DNA of 64,000 bases, from assembly GCF_006345805.1 (NCBI RefSeq), contig NC_043003.1:107260001-107324000 (forward strand). Direction: 5' to 3'. Below, one piece after another: positions 41,552 to 53,233 of the stretch. Made by a program: the position numbers and the translations under genes. Each line of letters starts with the position of its first letter. The first letter of the stretch is position 1. The notes below the pieces were generated by a model, which saw only the letters and a list, made by a program, of their open reading frames with translations, was not told where the DNA came from and did no database searches. The DNA is from Octopus sinensis (Eukaryota).

Positions 41552-42142
41552 TTTTTGAAATTTTGAAAGAAAACCAAAAAAAAAAAAATAAAAATAAATC
41601 TCGGTCTCAAGTGTTTAAAACATATTTCTTTTCTTTTACAGAATCGTAATTCACGATTTTTTAAAATATGATAAAACCAAAATTTGTTTTGGTGTACTTG
41701 GTATTTTCCGACGCTATTCGACAGGAATGCTATTATAATTCATGTTCATAAAAAAATACGTATTCTTTAAAAACAATCAAAGTATTGTCAAGAAGAAATA
41801 AAAACTTAATGTTTTTGCTGGTATTTCACTTTTTTTTCGTTACTGTATTTTTGAAATTTTGAAATTTTTGAAATTTTGAAAGAACCCCCCCCCCCCACAC
41901 ACACACACACACCAAAAAAAAAATGAAAAAAAATCTCGATCTCAAGTGTTTAAAACATATTTCTTACGATTTTTAAAATATGATAAAACCAAAGTTTGTT
42001 TTGGCGTACCAGGTATTTTCCGACGCTATTCGACAGGAATGCTATTATAATTCATGTTCATTAAAAAAAATACGTATTCTTTAAAAACAATCAAGTATTG
42101 TCAAGAAGAAATAAAAACTTAATGTTTTTGCTGGTATTTCAC
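41552..42142. repeat. Direct tandem duplication (about 330 bp period) just upstream of the RPL35A TSS
   Basis: aaatctcg.tctcaagtgtttaaaacatatttctt ... ttttgctggtatttcac occurs at about 41597-41830 and 41931-42142. Confidence 0.92.
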
Positions 42143-42312
42143 CTTTTTTGGCGTTTTAATTTCGTCGAAGGCAGCATTTTCTTATCTCTTTCATTCATCG
42201 CTAATTACGGGCACCTGTTGACATTAATTGTGTTAATTGTGTACAGCGGTTGCTAACGACACTCTTCAGCGAAGAAGGCGCGCTTCAACATTTACCCAGA
42301 AACCAATTTGGT

Positions 42313-42338
42313 TCCTTTTCCGGTTACCATTGAAAGTG
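42313..42338 (+). promoter_or_regulatory. RPL35A: RPL35A TCT/5'TOP initiator and non-coding exon 1
   Basis: tcCttttcc matches the YYC(+1)TTTYY TCT motif of ribosomal protein genes (putative +1 at 42315). It is followed 24 nt later by a consensus donor G|GTGAGT at 42339 and lies 1.7 kb upstream of the first coding exon. Confidence 0.75.
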
Positions 42339-44072
42339 GTGAGTTGTATCTTTTACGTATGTCTCTTATTTTTCTTCATTATTCCCACTTTTAGGTACAT
42401 ATTTTAAATTAATTACAATTGCACATTATTGTATGAACGTTCGACTGTATAATAATTATGATTTAAATCAAGGATGGGATACAACAGTCTTGATTTAAAT
42501 CGATATTTCCTATCATTAACGTATAACACGCTGCCATCACAAATGATCAAATATGAATTTTTCTTCACTTCTTCGCTGATTTCTCGTTTTCCCCTCTTGT
42601 TTTACCAGATGTTTCTTCACAGATGCTTCTTTATTCATTAGTAATTATGTCCTATGCCAATTACTCCCCTATTATTTCAACAAATGCATGGAAATATTCT
42701 TATTTCTCGTCCACTTTGTAACCCCCCCCCTTGATATTTAATTATCCTTTATATTTCATTATTATTATTATTATTATTAATTGCACCTCGTGGTAAACTA
42801 TAATTAAATGTTGCTGTTTATGCAAAGTATTACCAGAGGTAAGGATTCGAAGTGGTTTGTAAATTGGCGAATAATGAGAAATGGTCTTCCTCTCTTCTTT
42901 GCTGTCTCAGAAAATGTATTTCTCTGCCATTCCTCATCTCCACCAGTTTATTAACTTCTTGGGTGGAATGTGTTAGGTTAAGGTTTATATAATGTACCTC
43001 TTCTCTTCACGGTTGATTTCAAGAGTTTATGTTCAGATGTAGGGGATAAATAAAGTACCAGTTTCCTTACTGTATTTCTGTTGAGATGCTCTGTGTTTCT
43101 TTCAGTTGATTTTAAATATAACAAAGAATTTAGTAAAATAACTTAGTTATCATTAAGCTAGTGTTAGGAACATAAATTGTGACTAAGGTTTGGTGGAAGA
43201 TTTTAATTCAAAACTTAGAAAACAAGACATTTATACTAAAGAGCCAGAGGTGGTATCAAAAGGGTTAAATCAATCATTTGTTAACCCTTTTGTTACCATA
43301 TTCTTGTTGAGATTCTCTATTACTTTAAATATAACAAAGAATGTAGTAAAACAACTTTAAATTGTGACTAAGGTTTGGTGGAAGATTTTAATTCAAAGCT
43401 TATGTTTAGCCCCTTGTGGGCAGTAAAGAAATATATGTTCAGATGTAGGGGATGTGTTTCATTGTGGAATAAAAATGGAAATCAATCTCGAACAGGAGAC
43501 GTACATTGAAAACTAACATTCCATAAAAATTAGATTTTTGGATTATGTTCGCCGTCGACTTGTTTATAGAAGCATGTGGAAGCGACATTATAGTTCTTCG
43601 ACTCTCGAAAGACAAACTGTTTTGCCCCTATAAATAAGATACCACGATGTATTCCTGGTACGACGGACGACTCGATAAAAAAGGGGACAAAATAAGAAGC
43701 ATATCCCATTGTTTCGGTCTGTTTGTCACATCAAGTATATAACACGTGCAGTTTTATAGAGTGACTGGAAGGACATAAATCTTCAATGTAGATTCTTTTT
43801 TTTTTAAACGGGATACGGTCAAACATGTATAAATTGGAAGATACTTGGGACGGATTCTAACGTTCCGAGCAAGGGATCTCTTCAGAGAAAGAAATGTCTA
43901 GTAGAACGGCTAACGAAATTATATCTTATATTCAGAATTATTCAGAGACTTTTAATTACCTGCTGATTTCTCTCTGAGAGAAAGCTATCCTATATTTATT
44001 TGTTTTTTTACTTATAATTACTGTTGTAAATAGATTTTGTTTTTAATCCCGTTTCCTTTCTCTCAGATTATC

Positions 44073-44146
44073 ATGTCGGAGGGTGAGGCAAAAGCAGCGC
44101 CAGCGGCCAAATCGAAAAAGAAGACCCCAAAACGAACACCTGGCAG
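44073..44146 (+). CDS. RPL35A: 60S ribosomal protein L35a (eL33), coding exon 1
   Basis: Acceptor tttcctttctctcag|attatcATG. Encodes MSEGEAKAAPAAKSKKKTPKRTPG+AG. Donor gtaat at 44147; phase 2 joins the next exon in frame. Confidence 0.9.
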
Positions 44147-44324
44147 GTAATATTATTTATGCATAGTCCATGTGTTCATCACTATATCAATATTTACAAT
44201 GTTAGGTGCAATTATTTTGTTTTCTGTTTCGATGTATCATTAAAGCGAATGAAAAGTTGCAAGACGAAATTAAACAGTCCAAACGGGATGTATTTAGTTT
44301 CTGTATAGCGATGCGATTGTATAC

Positions 44325-44650
44325 TTTTACTTGTTTCAGTCATTTGACTGTGGCCATGCTGGAGCATCGCCTTTAGTCGTGCAACTCGACTTATTCTTTG
44401 TGAGCCCAGTACTTATTCTATCGATCTCTTTTGTCGAACCGCTAAGTGACGGGGACATAAACACACCAGCATCGGTTGTCAAGTAATGCTAGAAGGACAT
44501 ACACGCATACACATATATACGACGGGCTTCTTTCAGTTTCCGTCTACCAAATCCACTCTCAAGGCTTTGGTCGGCCCGAGGCTATAGCAGAAGACACTTG
44601 CCCAAGATGCCACGCAGTGGGACTGAACCTGGAACCATGTGGTTGGTAAA
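44325..44650 (-). mobile_element. SINE family A in RPL35A intron 2
   Basis: Near-full copy, antisense to the gene. Confidence 0.9.
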
Positions 44651-45130
44651 CTCCTGTATATGTATTATTTCTGGAAATTTTACCTTGTAAGCGAACATGA
44701 ACGGAAGGGTGAGGATTAGGCGGTGCACAGGATTTTTATAATTTTAGTAAATAACAGTTGAACATAGGACAAATAAAGCTGTTTGCATGTTGCTAAAATT
44801 CTTGCATTCTGATCAGATGAAACATTTGCATCATTATTTTAGCTGCTGGTCATTTGTGTTTTGCTGTGGCCAATATTCTTAAAACGAGATCCTTGGAGTC
44901 TTGTTCTGTTATTATTATTCACCCATAACAGAATTTAGGTTTTTTGGCTTAACTCACCAAATTAAAGTTTTGTCAATTAGACTGGGAGTCAGATTTCTAT
45001 GTTCCCATAGCAACAATTTTAAACTAAGCTTTGAAGACTACGTGATGTTAGTATATTCAAGAAAATCATGTATGAAATGATGCACATGGCTGCCCAATAG
45101 CCCTCAGACCACACCTTGCTGTTGTATATA

Positions 45131-45271
45131 GGTACTTGTATCGCAGGCGTAGGCAGTCGATCCTACGAGCTGACTGGCGCGTACACGATATATACTTGTA
45201 TGGCACGTCCCCGATTGGCTAGCACGGACGCGTGTGTGCGCGAACCGGGACCACTCTGCGATACAAGTACT
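45131..45271. mobile_element. Short Merlin-type MITE in RPL35A intron 2
   Basis: TIR ggtacttgtatcgcag / ctgcgatacaagtact; flanks ttgtatata / ttgtatatg; shares the subterminal ccgggaccactct with the 40192 element. Confidence 0.7.
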
Positions 45272-45272
45272 T

Positions 45273-45303
<31 letters not shown>

Positions 45304-46359
45304 CCATCGGGTTGACTATGCTAGGAGGCTGCACCAGACTCCAATCTGATCTGGCAGTGTTTCTAAAGCTGGGTGCTTTTTGCATGCCACTGGCACAGGA
45401 GCAAGTCAGGGTGAGGGGGCAGGCAGCGACCACATTCAGATGGTGCTTATTGCATGCCTCCAGCATGAGGGCCAGTCAGGCGACACTGGCATCTGTCACT
45501 ACAATTTCCGTTTTGATTGTGGATTGATATTATTTTAATGCTGATGTACTTGAGCAAAGCATGTCGCCCAATGATCCAAAGGTACTTTTTTTTAAGTGGG
45601 CTGGTTATGTGACATTGGTGTAGGCTACAATTGATCTCACTTTACTTGCTGGGTCTTCTCAGTCACAGCATATCTCCAGGGTTCTCAGTCTTTCGTCATT
45701 TCTTCTGTGGGGCCCAACATACAAAGGTCATGCTTCACCACCTCATCCCATACCTTAGATCTCTCTCTACCACAGGTTCTTTCCACTGATTGGCAGTGAT
45801 ACGTCTTCACACAGCTCTCTTCATCCATCTGTAGTACATGACCATACCAGTGCAGTTGTTTCTCATGCACATCACATCTGATGCTTCTTATCATCATCAT
45901 CATCGTTTAACGTCCGCTTTCCATGCTAGCATGGGTTGGACGGTTCAACTGGGGTCTGGCAAGCCCGAAGGCTGCACCAGGCCAGTCAGATCTGGCAGTG
46001 TTTCTACAGCTGGATGCCCTTCCTAACGCCAACCACTCCGTGAGTGTAGTGGGTGATTTTATGTGCCACCGACACAGGTGGCAGACGGCCACGCCCGGAT
46101 GGTGTTTTCTTATGTGCCACCGACACAGGTGCCAGACGAGGCTGGCGAACGGCCACAATCGGATGGTGTTTGTTACGTGCCCACAGCACGGAGGCTAGTC
46201 GATGCGGTACTGGCTACGGTCCCGTTCGGATGGTTTTCTTATGTGCCACAAGGATACAAATTCCATTGATGTTCATCTATTTTGGTTTGATTTGATTTTC
46301 AAGATTTCTCTCAGGTCGCTTACACTGTCGTGTGTGCACACTGACATCACACATCATGC

Positions 46360-47643
46360 TAGCTTCATGTCCCAATCCATGCGGTCTTTTCCCGTTATAC
46401 TTTTTATCTGTGTAAACATCGAAGTTTACACGGTATCCTGTCTCCAATTCACAAACTTCCCATTCCTTGATCCCCATTTAGTAGGTTTAGCAGGCATGTA
46501 CTGCTAAAAATGTACTCTGCCCTTATAGCCTATCATGGTTTCATCTACACTGAGATTTTTCCCAGGTAAATAAATAGTTTTATAATTATGTACGAGTAAA
46601 TCAATTACAGGACGTACTTTGTGCAGGGGATCGTAGTTTGGGTCGTTTTTGCTGGGGGCATTGGCATAATCAGTTAAATGCAAATACTGAGATATTTTCA
46701 AATACCTTGTCTGTATGGTTCGATCCCGCACTTAATTCAGTCTCCAATCAAATTCACAAAGGTTTGATTGGTATATTATGAGTGCTACAGCATTATTGAC
46801 TTAATTAAATGCAGCTTTTCTAATAAACGCTGTCAGAATTAAATTCAGACAATTTTCTCATTTTGTGAGGTGGCGTACCTGCTCCAATACTTCATTAGAA
46901 AGTTGTCTGTTGGGCTTCGTGGGGCGGGGTTGGATGCTCGAAATATATGGATCGCCATACCTTACATCGGGTCTCCAATAGTTCCACATTCGAGGAAGCT
47001 GTTTAACTCCAAGCATAATTTTAATTGCGAAAAATGCTCTCATTTCTGCAGTATTAGTTGGCTGCCATAGCGGATCGTTTCTTCCTCGGACAGAAATTAA
47101 GTGTTGCGCATATTTGTTCATTTCCTCTGCAACATTTTCAAAAGAACTTTCAGGCAAAAATAAAAATAGATAGTCCAGTGGTTGAGCAACAGGAGGTAAA
47201 TTATGGCGAGGACCAGTGTTTTCTGTAAAATCAGAAATTGTGACTGGTGTCGTAATTTTCGACCATGTTGCCTTGTTTACAATATTGTTTTCATCAGTTT
47301 CGTTATGGAAATCTTCGTCCGACGAGTAATCACTGATATCAATATCAGGTTCATCTGAAGTCAAAATGCTTTTCTTTTCATTGATATCTTCAAAGTCGGA
47401 ATCGATACTTGCTGACGTCATTTCTTTCACAACAAACATATACACATGTGGTCTAAACAATTTCACAGTATTTATGCTTGAATAAAGGCGGGAAAGGCTC
47501 CATCTTGCATTTTCTCAAAGCTACGAGAATTTAATGTGACTTATTTTTTTTTGTGATTTCATAGAGCTGTCTGATACAGCCGGTTTGAACAAGTAAAGGG
47601 GAATTAATTTTGGCCAGTTACGGCCGGTTTGAACACTAAAGGG
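46360..47643 (-). mobile_element. piggyBac transposon fossil (PGBD4-like transposase) in RPL35A intron 2
   Basis: Terminus ccggtttgaacactaaaggg|tgaa (degenerate TTAA) with a subterminal repeat at 47580. Motifs PLDYLFLF, EMRAFFAI, YLHL, KVRPVID, LSVDETMIGYKGR, YMPAKPTKWGIK. Internal stop, 3' truncated and interrupted at 46711-46933. Confidence 0.93.
46727..46854 (+). ncRNA. Box H/ACA snoRNA-like RNA, copy A (RPL35A intron 2)
   Basis: Hairpin gcactta/tgagtgc plus ccaatcaaa/tttgattgg; H box ACAGCA (46787-92) 15 nt below the upper stem. Second hairpin with gcagc/gctgt; ACA (46849-51) 15 nt below it. 128 nt, sense to an RP host gene. Confidence 0.72.
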
Positions 47644-47808
47644 TGAAACGACAATGATGTCTGCTGTGGAAGCAATTCAGTAAGGACCGGCAGGTAAAAG
47701 GATTATCATAGATGGAACTACCAATGTGAAATGTTTTTTAGGCTTTAATGTTAGTTGTGTCAACATTAATTTAGTCAGAAGTTATATTGTTGTTGTTATC
47801 TATTTCAG

Positions 47809-47961
47809 ACTCTATGTTAAAGCTGTGTTCACAGGCTACAAACGTGGTTTAAGAAACCAGTATGAGCACACTGCACTCTTGAAGATTGATGGTGTTTATA
47901 AAAGAAATGAAACTAGTTTTTACCTTGGCAAAAAATGTGCTTATGTATACAAGGCAAAGAG
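47809..47961 (+). CDS. RPL35A: 60S ribosomal protein L35a, coding exon 2
   Basis: tttcag|A CTC TAT...; (R)[50 protein letters not shown], classic eL33 sequence; donor gtgagc at 47962. Confidence 0.97.
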
Positions 47962-48224
47962 GTGAGCTTTATCTTTTTTTCTTTTAAAAAACGACAGGTG
48001 GGGGTGTTTATGTAACACTGTATTGGCCCCTACATCGTCGTGGAGGCCCCTTACAAAGTGGTGCTTTCTGCTCATGCATGCCGCTCGGCAACTGTACGAG
48101 TCCACCTGATGTTTGTGGAGCTTGTACTTTTGGTATTCTGCATTCCCTACTCTCCACCCTCAAATTAACGCATTTTAAATATGCTCAGAAGAACTCGCTG
48201 TAAGGTCTCTGTATGGTTCGATCC

Positions 48225-48352
48225 CGCACTTAATTCAGTCTCCAATCAAATTCACAGTGTTTTGATTGGTATATTATGAGTGCTACAGCATTATTGGCTT
48301 AATTAAATGCAGCTTTTCTAATAAACGCTGTTAGAATTAAATTCAGACAATT
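48225..48352 (+). ncRNA. Box H/ACA snoRNA-like RNA, copy B (RPL35A intron 3)
   Basis: Near-identical to copy A; H box ACAGCA 48285-90, ACA 48347-49. Differences are in the apical loop, an A-U to G-U stem swap and one pocket base. Confidence 0.78.
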
Positions 48353-50672
48353 TTCTCATTTTGTGAGGTGGTGTACCTGCTTCAATACTTCATTAGAAAG
48401 TTGTTTGCTGGGCTTCGTGGGGTGGGGTTGGCTGCCCCACAATATAGAAGCTTCAGTGACCTTCATCCTAAAGCGTGACTTTAAGATAATTAACATACGA
48501 CAACTGGTGATTTGGTTTCTAAATCTCTGGTGAGAACCATTGGGTGTGGTTGAGTTCTTAAGGACCTGAATTGCTATCATCATCATTTAATGTCTGTTCT
48601 TCCTGGCACGGGTTGGATGGTTTGAAAGGAACTGTACCAGGCTTCATTTGTCTGTTCTGGTGTGAGTTCTACAGCTGGATGCCCTTCCTAATGCCAACCA
48701 CTTTACAGTGTGTGTGTTGGGTGCTTTTTACATGGCACCATTACCAACATCATCATCAAAGCAAAATCTCTCAACTCGGAAGTGGGTGGCTTTGTATCAG
48801 TTGAGAGATTAAGTGTATAGAGGTGTTGGGACGGGTATCTTGCTGTAGGGTGGATGCATTGATAGACCAGTTAGAAGGGAAGGGACTAGTGAGAGAGATG
48901 GTAGATTGGGAGAGGTAACTCAAGAAGCTGCTGGGTGGTGCAGTGTCTATAAATCTCCGGATTTTTGGAGAAGGTTCAGATTTTGATGAAATGCAGTTAA
49001 TTTTACATGCTGTATCATCATCATCATACATTTACTGCATGAGTTTTTGATGTTCTTTAGGAATCTGTTTTGTCGCTTTCACCTGCCCAGGTGTGTTGTT
49101 GAATATCGAAGCTTGTAGGTGTTTTCACTTACATTTTCAGGATCTCAATCTCCGTCTTGGGTTTCTTGCCTGGAAGTTGCACACTTGGCATCAGGAAAAT
49201 CATTCCAAGATATGCCTTCAGTTCCTCCAGGTGTTTTGTATTGTCCAGCATATATGTGCTTTTATCGTTTACTTGTTGCACCCATCAGGTTACGGTCATG
49301 CTGGTGCACTGTGTTATAGAATTTTTGTTGGTCTCTTGTACAAAGCCACTGTGTTACATTCTCTTTCCATCTACCAAATCCACTCACTCGGTGCACTCTG
49401 TGAGTCAGAATGTGGTTGGGAGACGAGCTTCTTGTCTCACACCCATCCCTGCCCCTATTTCTGCAGAAATGTTTGTTTTTTCCCCCCTCTCTATCCTCAT
49501 GGAAGCATCATCATTAACTATATGGATGCTCCACCCCAAGAAGTCCTGGTATCATTCACACTGAAATACCATTCTAAGTGTTTCCTTGAAAACCAAGCTC
49601 TCTTTCTATAAAAGTGACTGGTTTTGTATTTTGGCACAAGGCCGCCAATTTTATGGACGCTGTTCCTTATCTTGTTGACCATGGCGGAATTTGAACTCAG
49701 ATTGGAGACGGTTAGCATGCCACTAAACGTCCTCACCAGCTTCTGAACCAGCCACATGCAAGATTGAAGGGGAATAAAAAAGAAAGATTTTTGGTAAGCG
49801 GTTCCCATGTCAGCCACATGGTTGAAAGATCAATCGCACAGCATGATAGATGGTTATATATCTTCTATTATGGCATTGGGCCAACCAATAGCTTTGAGGT
49901 TGGGTTTTGATGAGAGGAAAGGAAAGAAGGCTCTCACATGTGTGTGTGTGTCTCTGATCCTGTAGCGTAGTGGTTTCTTAAAAGAGGTCAACTGAATATG
50001 AACCCAGGTCAATTTCTTTGACTAAAAGAAAGATGAAGCGTAGATTCTACAAGCTGGGAGTCTTGTAAAGTTTGGCTGGGCTCACCTGGACCGCCCTTTT
50101 CGTACTGCATTGATATGTGGTTCCTTATTGTAGAGGTCTTAGAGGATTAAGTTGCTGGTGGCAATGGCGCCTGCCTGGCCCTCGTCCCGCACTCCTCAAA
50201 GCCCTAAAACTCCTATACCAGGGCCTCACCACCAGGTCCAGTTTCAGGTCTTTCCCAGGACCCTCCATACCTCAACAGCAAATTACAGCTGCAGCGTATG
50301 CACTATCGAATGCAGTTGCTCTCCCAGTGGGGCATTTGTCAAATCTTCAGGATGGATTTTTGGGCCACAAGCTGAAGTATGACTTTGGCTGCTGGAATGG
50401 ACAGGAATTCACCAGTCCCACTCTCCCCTTGTGAGTGCCACTGAAAGTACTGCAAAGGACTATTTTCTGAGGGACACTTCCACAATCGGTTATAAATATG
50501 CCTGAGACAAACAAATAAATGAAGTATTATGCTGCTCCTTATAGTGTTTACCTGTTCGTCAGCTAATTATGAATTAACCAGATTTCGTTGTCTCTCAATT
50601 GATAACTTGTAATCAAGAGTTCAATTCCACTTTTTGTCTTTGTGTGTCTCTTGTACCCCGAAAGGATTACCA

Positions 50673-50803
50673 TGCACTTAATCAGGCCTACAATCAAAGG
50701 GTCACTGTTTTGGTTGATGGAATAATAAGTGCCACAGAAAATTGGAATTTTTCTATAGTGCAATCATCTAAGTGGTGCCTGTCGCATAAAATTCCAGACA
50801 AAT
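50673..50803 (+). ncRNA. Box H/ACA snoRNA-like RNA, copy C (RPL35A intron 3)
   Basis: gcactta/taagtgc plus caatcaaag/ttttggttg; H box ACAGAA 50734-39; second hairpin tggaatttt/aaaattcca; ACA 50798-800; 131 nt. Confidence 0.78.
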
Positions 50804-53233
50804 TTAAGTGTAAATTTTTTTTTTTATCTCCTTCCATGATTGTTGTAGGTGCAAGGTTTGCCTGTGTGGTGAGTGCAATCACCACCGTTTGACATCTGGT
50901 GTTGGTGTATGTATGTAGCTTAGAAGTTCAGAAAGGCCAACTGATGGAATAGGCATCAGGTTCAAAAACCAGTAATTACAGGGTTTGCTTCGTTCCATTA
51001 AAATTCTGTGTTTGTTCTGATAATTAAATATCAAGCGTCGTTTTACTAAAATGTCAAGAGCAAGAACTCTGGAGCTTTGGAGAAGGTTAAGATTTTGGTG
51101 AAATGCAGTTAATTTGGCATGCTGTATCATCATCATCATCATACATTTACTGCATGAGGTTTTGTTGTTCTTTAGGAATTTGCATTGTCAGTTTCACCTG
51201 CCCAGGTGTGCTGTCGAATATCGAAGCTTGTAGGTGTTTTCACTTACATTTTCAGGATCTCAATCTCTGGCTTGGGTTTCTTGTCTGGAAGCTGCACACC
51301 TGGCATCAAGAGAATCATTCCAAGATATGCCTTCAGTTCCTCCAGGTGTTTTGTATTGTCCAGCATATATGTGCATTTATCATTTACTTGTTGCACCCAT
51401 CAGGTTACGGTCATGCTGGTGCACTGTGTTATGGAATATTTTTTGGTCTCCTGTGCAAATCCACTGTGTTACATTCTCTTTCCATCTACCAAATCCACTC
51501 GCATGGTGCACTGTCAGTCAGAATGTGGAACAATGTGGTTGAGAAACGAGCTTCTTGTCTCAAACCCGTCCCTGCCCCTATTTCTACAGAAATGCTTGTT
51601 TTTTTTTCCCCCTCTCTATACTCATGGAAGCATCATCATCAACTGCCTAGATGCTCCGCCCCCGAGAAGTCCTAGTGTCATTTATACTGAATTGCCATTT
51701 TAAATGTTTCCTTCAAAACCATGCTCTCTTTCTATAAAAGTTACTGGTTTCCGATTTTGGCACAAGGCCGGCAATTTTGGGGAGGTTGGTCCTTGTTTTG
51801 TTGACCATGGCAGAATTTGAGCTCAGAACGAAGAGACATTTAAGATGCCACTAAACGTCCACACCAGCTTCTGAACCAGCCACGCGTAAGATTGAAGGGT
51901 AATAAAAAAGAAAGATTCTTGATAAGAGGTTTCCATGTCAGCCACATGGTTGCAAGATCATTCGCACTGCATGACTGATTGGTTAAATACCATTAGAAAG
52001 GGTATCAGGCTGTAGGAGCTTTACCCAATCAGATTGGCGCTTGGTGCAGTCAAACTGTCCAACCTATGCCAGCATGGGAGGTGGACGATGTAACAGTGGC
52101 CCAGTTAACAAGATCATCATTTAGCATCCGCTTTCCATGCTGGCATGGGTTGGATGACTTTTCTGGAGCTGGTAAGCTGGATAGCTGCACTTGGCTCCAG
52201 TCTGAATTTGGCTTGGTTTCTATGGCTGGATGCCATTAGGTGTCACTATCATGGAAGCATCGTTTTCCAGTTATGTGGTCTTGGGTTCAGTCCCACAGCA
52301 GACCACCTTTTGTTGTAGTCCTCTGTTTAGAAAAACTTTGGCAGTGGATTTCGTAGGTGGAAAGTGAAGTGTTTGTGTGTGTGCAGAGCCTGGTCTTGAG
52401 AGGTTTTTGTTGTACATAAGCAATGTTGTTGTTTGTCTGTGGTGTTCCATGTAAAACATTGTCTGGTCCTTAGAAAATATTGCTTCCGTAAATTCCATCT
52501 CACACATGCAGGTACGGAAAAAGTGGACTTTAGATCGGTTGGGGGTTGGGCTTTGTCAGTTTTCTAATTGATGATATATCTTAGTTGTCATTCAGCACAG
52601 GTGGAGAGTTCGTGTTCAGGGTTCCACGTGCATATACGCTGCACTTTAGGTCAATCCAGCAGTTGGGGAACTGGAACTCTGTTGGGTGTTGCTTCTGGGA
52701 ACAATATTGGCTAAGTTGTCCAGCACTCCTCAAAGCCCTAAAACTCCTATACCAGGGCCTCACCACCAGGTCCAGTTTCAGGTCTTTCCCAGGGCACTCC
52801 ATACCTCAACAGCAGATTACAGCTGCAGCGTCTGCACTATCGGATGCAGTTGCTCTCCCAGTTGGGCATTTGTCAAAACTTCAGACCGGGTTTTTGGGCC
52901 ACAAGCTGAAGTATTACTTTGGCTGCTGGAATGGACAGGAATTCATCAGTCGGAACCAGCCCCCACCCTCCCCTTGTGAGTGCCACTGAAAGTACTGCAA
53001 AGTTATTTAGTAGCAAAGGACCGTTTTCTGGGGAACACTTCCACAGTCGGTTATAAATATGCCTGAGACAAACAAATAAATGAAGTATTACGCTGCTCCT
53101 TATGGTGTTTCCCTGTTCGTCAGCTAATTATAAATTAACCAGATTTCGTTGTCTCTCAATTGATAACTTGTAATCAAGAGTTCAATTCTACTTTTTGTCT
53201 TTGTGTGTCTCTTGTACCCTGAAAGGATTACCA

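Noticed and set aside
46858-47466. 202 aa piggyBac ORF as a domesticated PGBD gene
   Set aside because: Interrupted by an insertion, has an in-frame stop at about 46504 and lacks the C-terminal catalytic region.
47650-47785. Two hairpins just before RPL35A coding exon 2
   Set aside because: No properly placed ANANNA or terminal ACA box.
50716-50730. atggaataat in copy C resembles a stretch of 18S rRNA
   Set aside because: It is the same sense as rRNA as I recall it, not antisense, so it cannot be a guide match; likely coincidence.
49093-52989. Paired 100-190 aa ORFs in RPL35A intron 3
   Set aside because: They are paired only because of the tandem duplication; they are composed of SINE and transposon scraps, with frames not conserved between the units.
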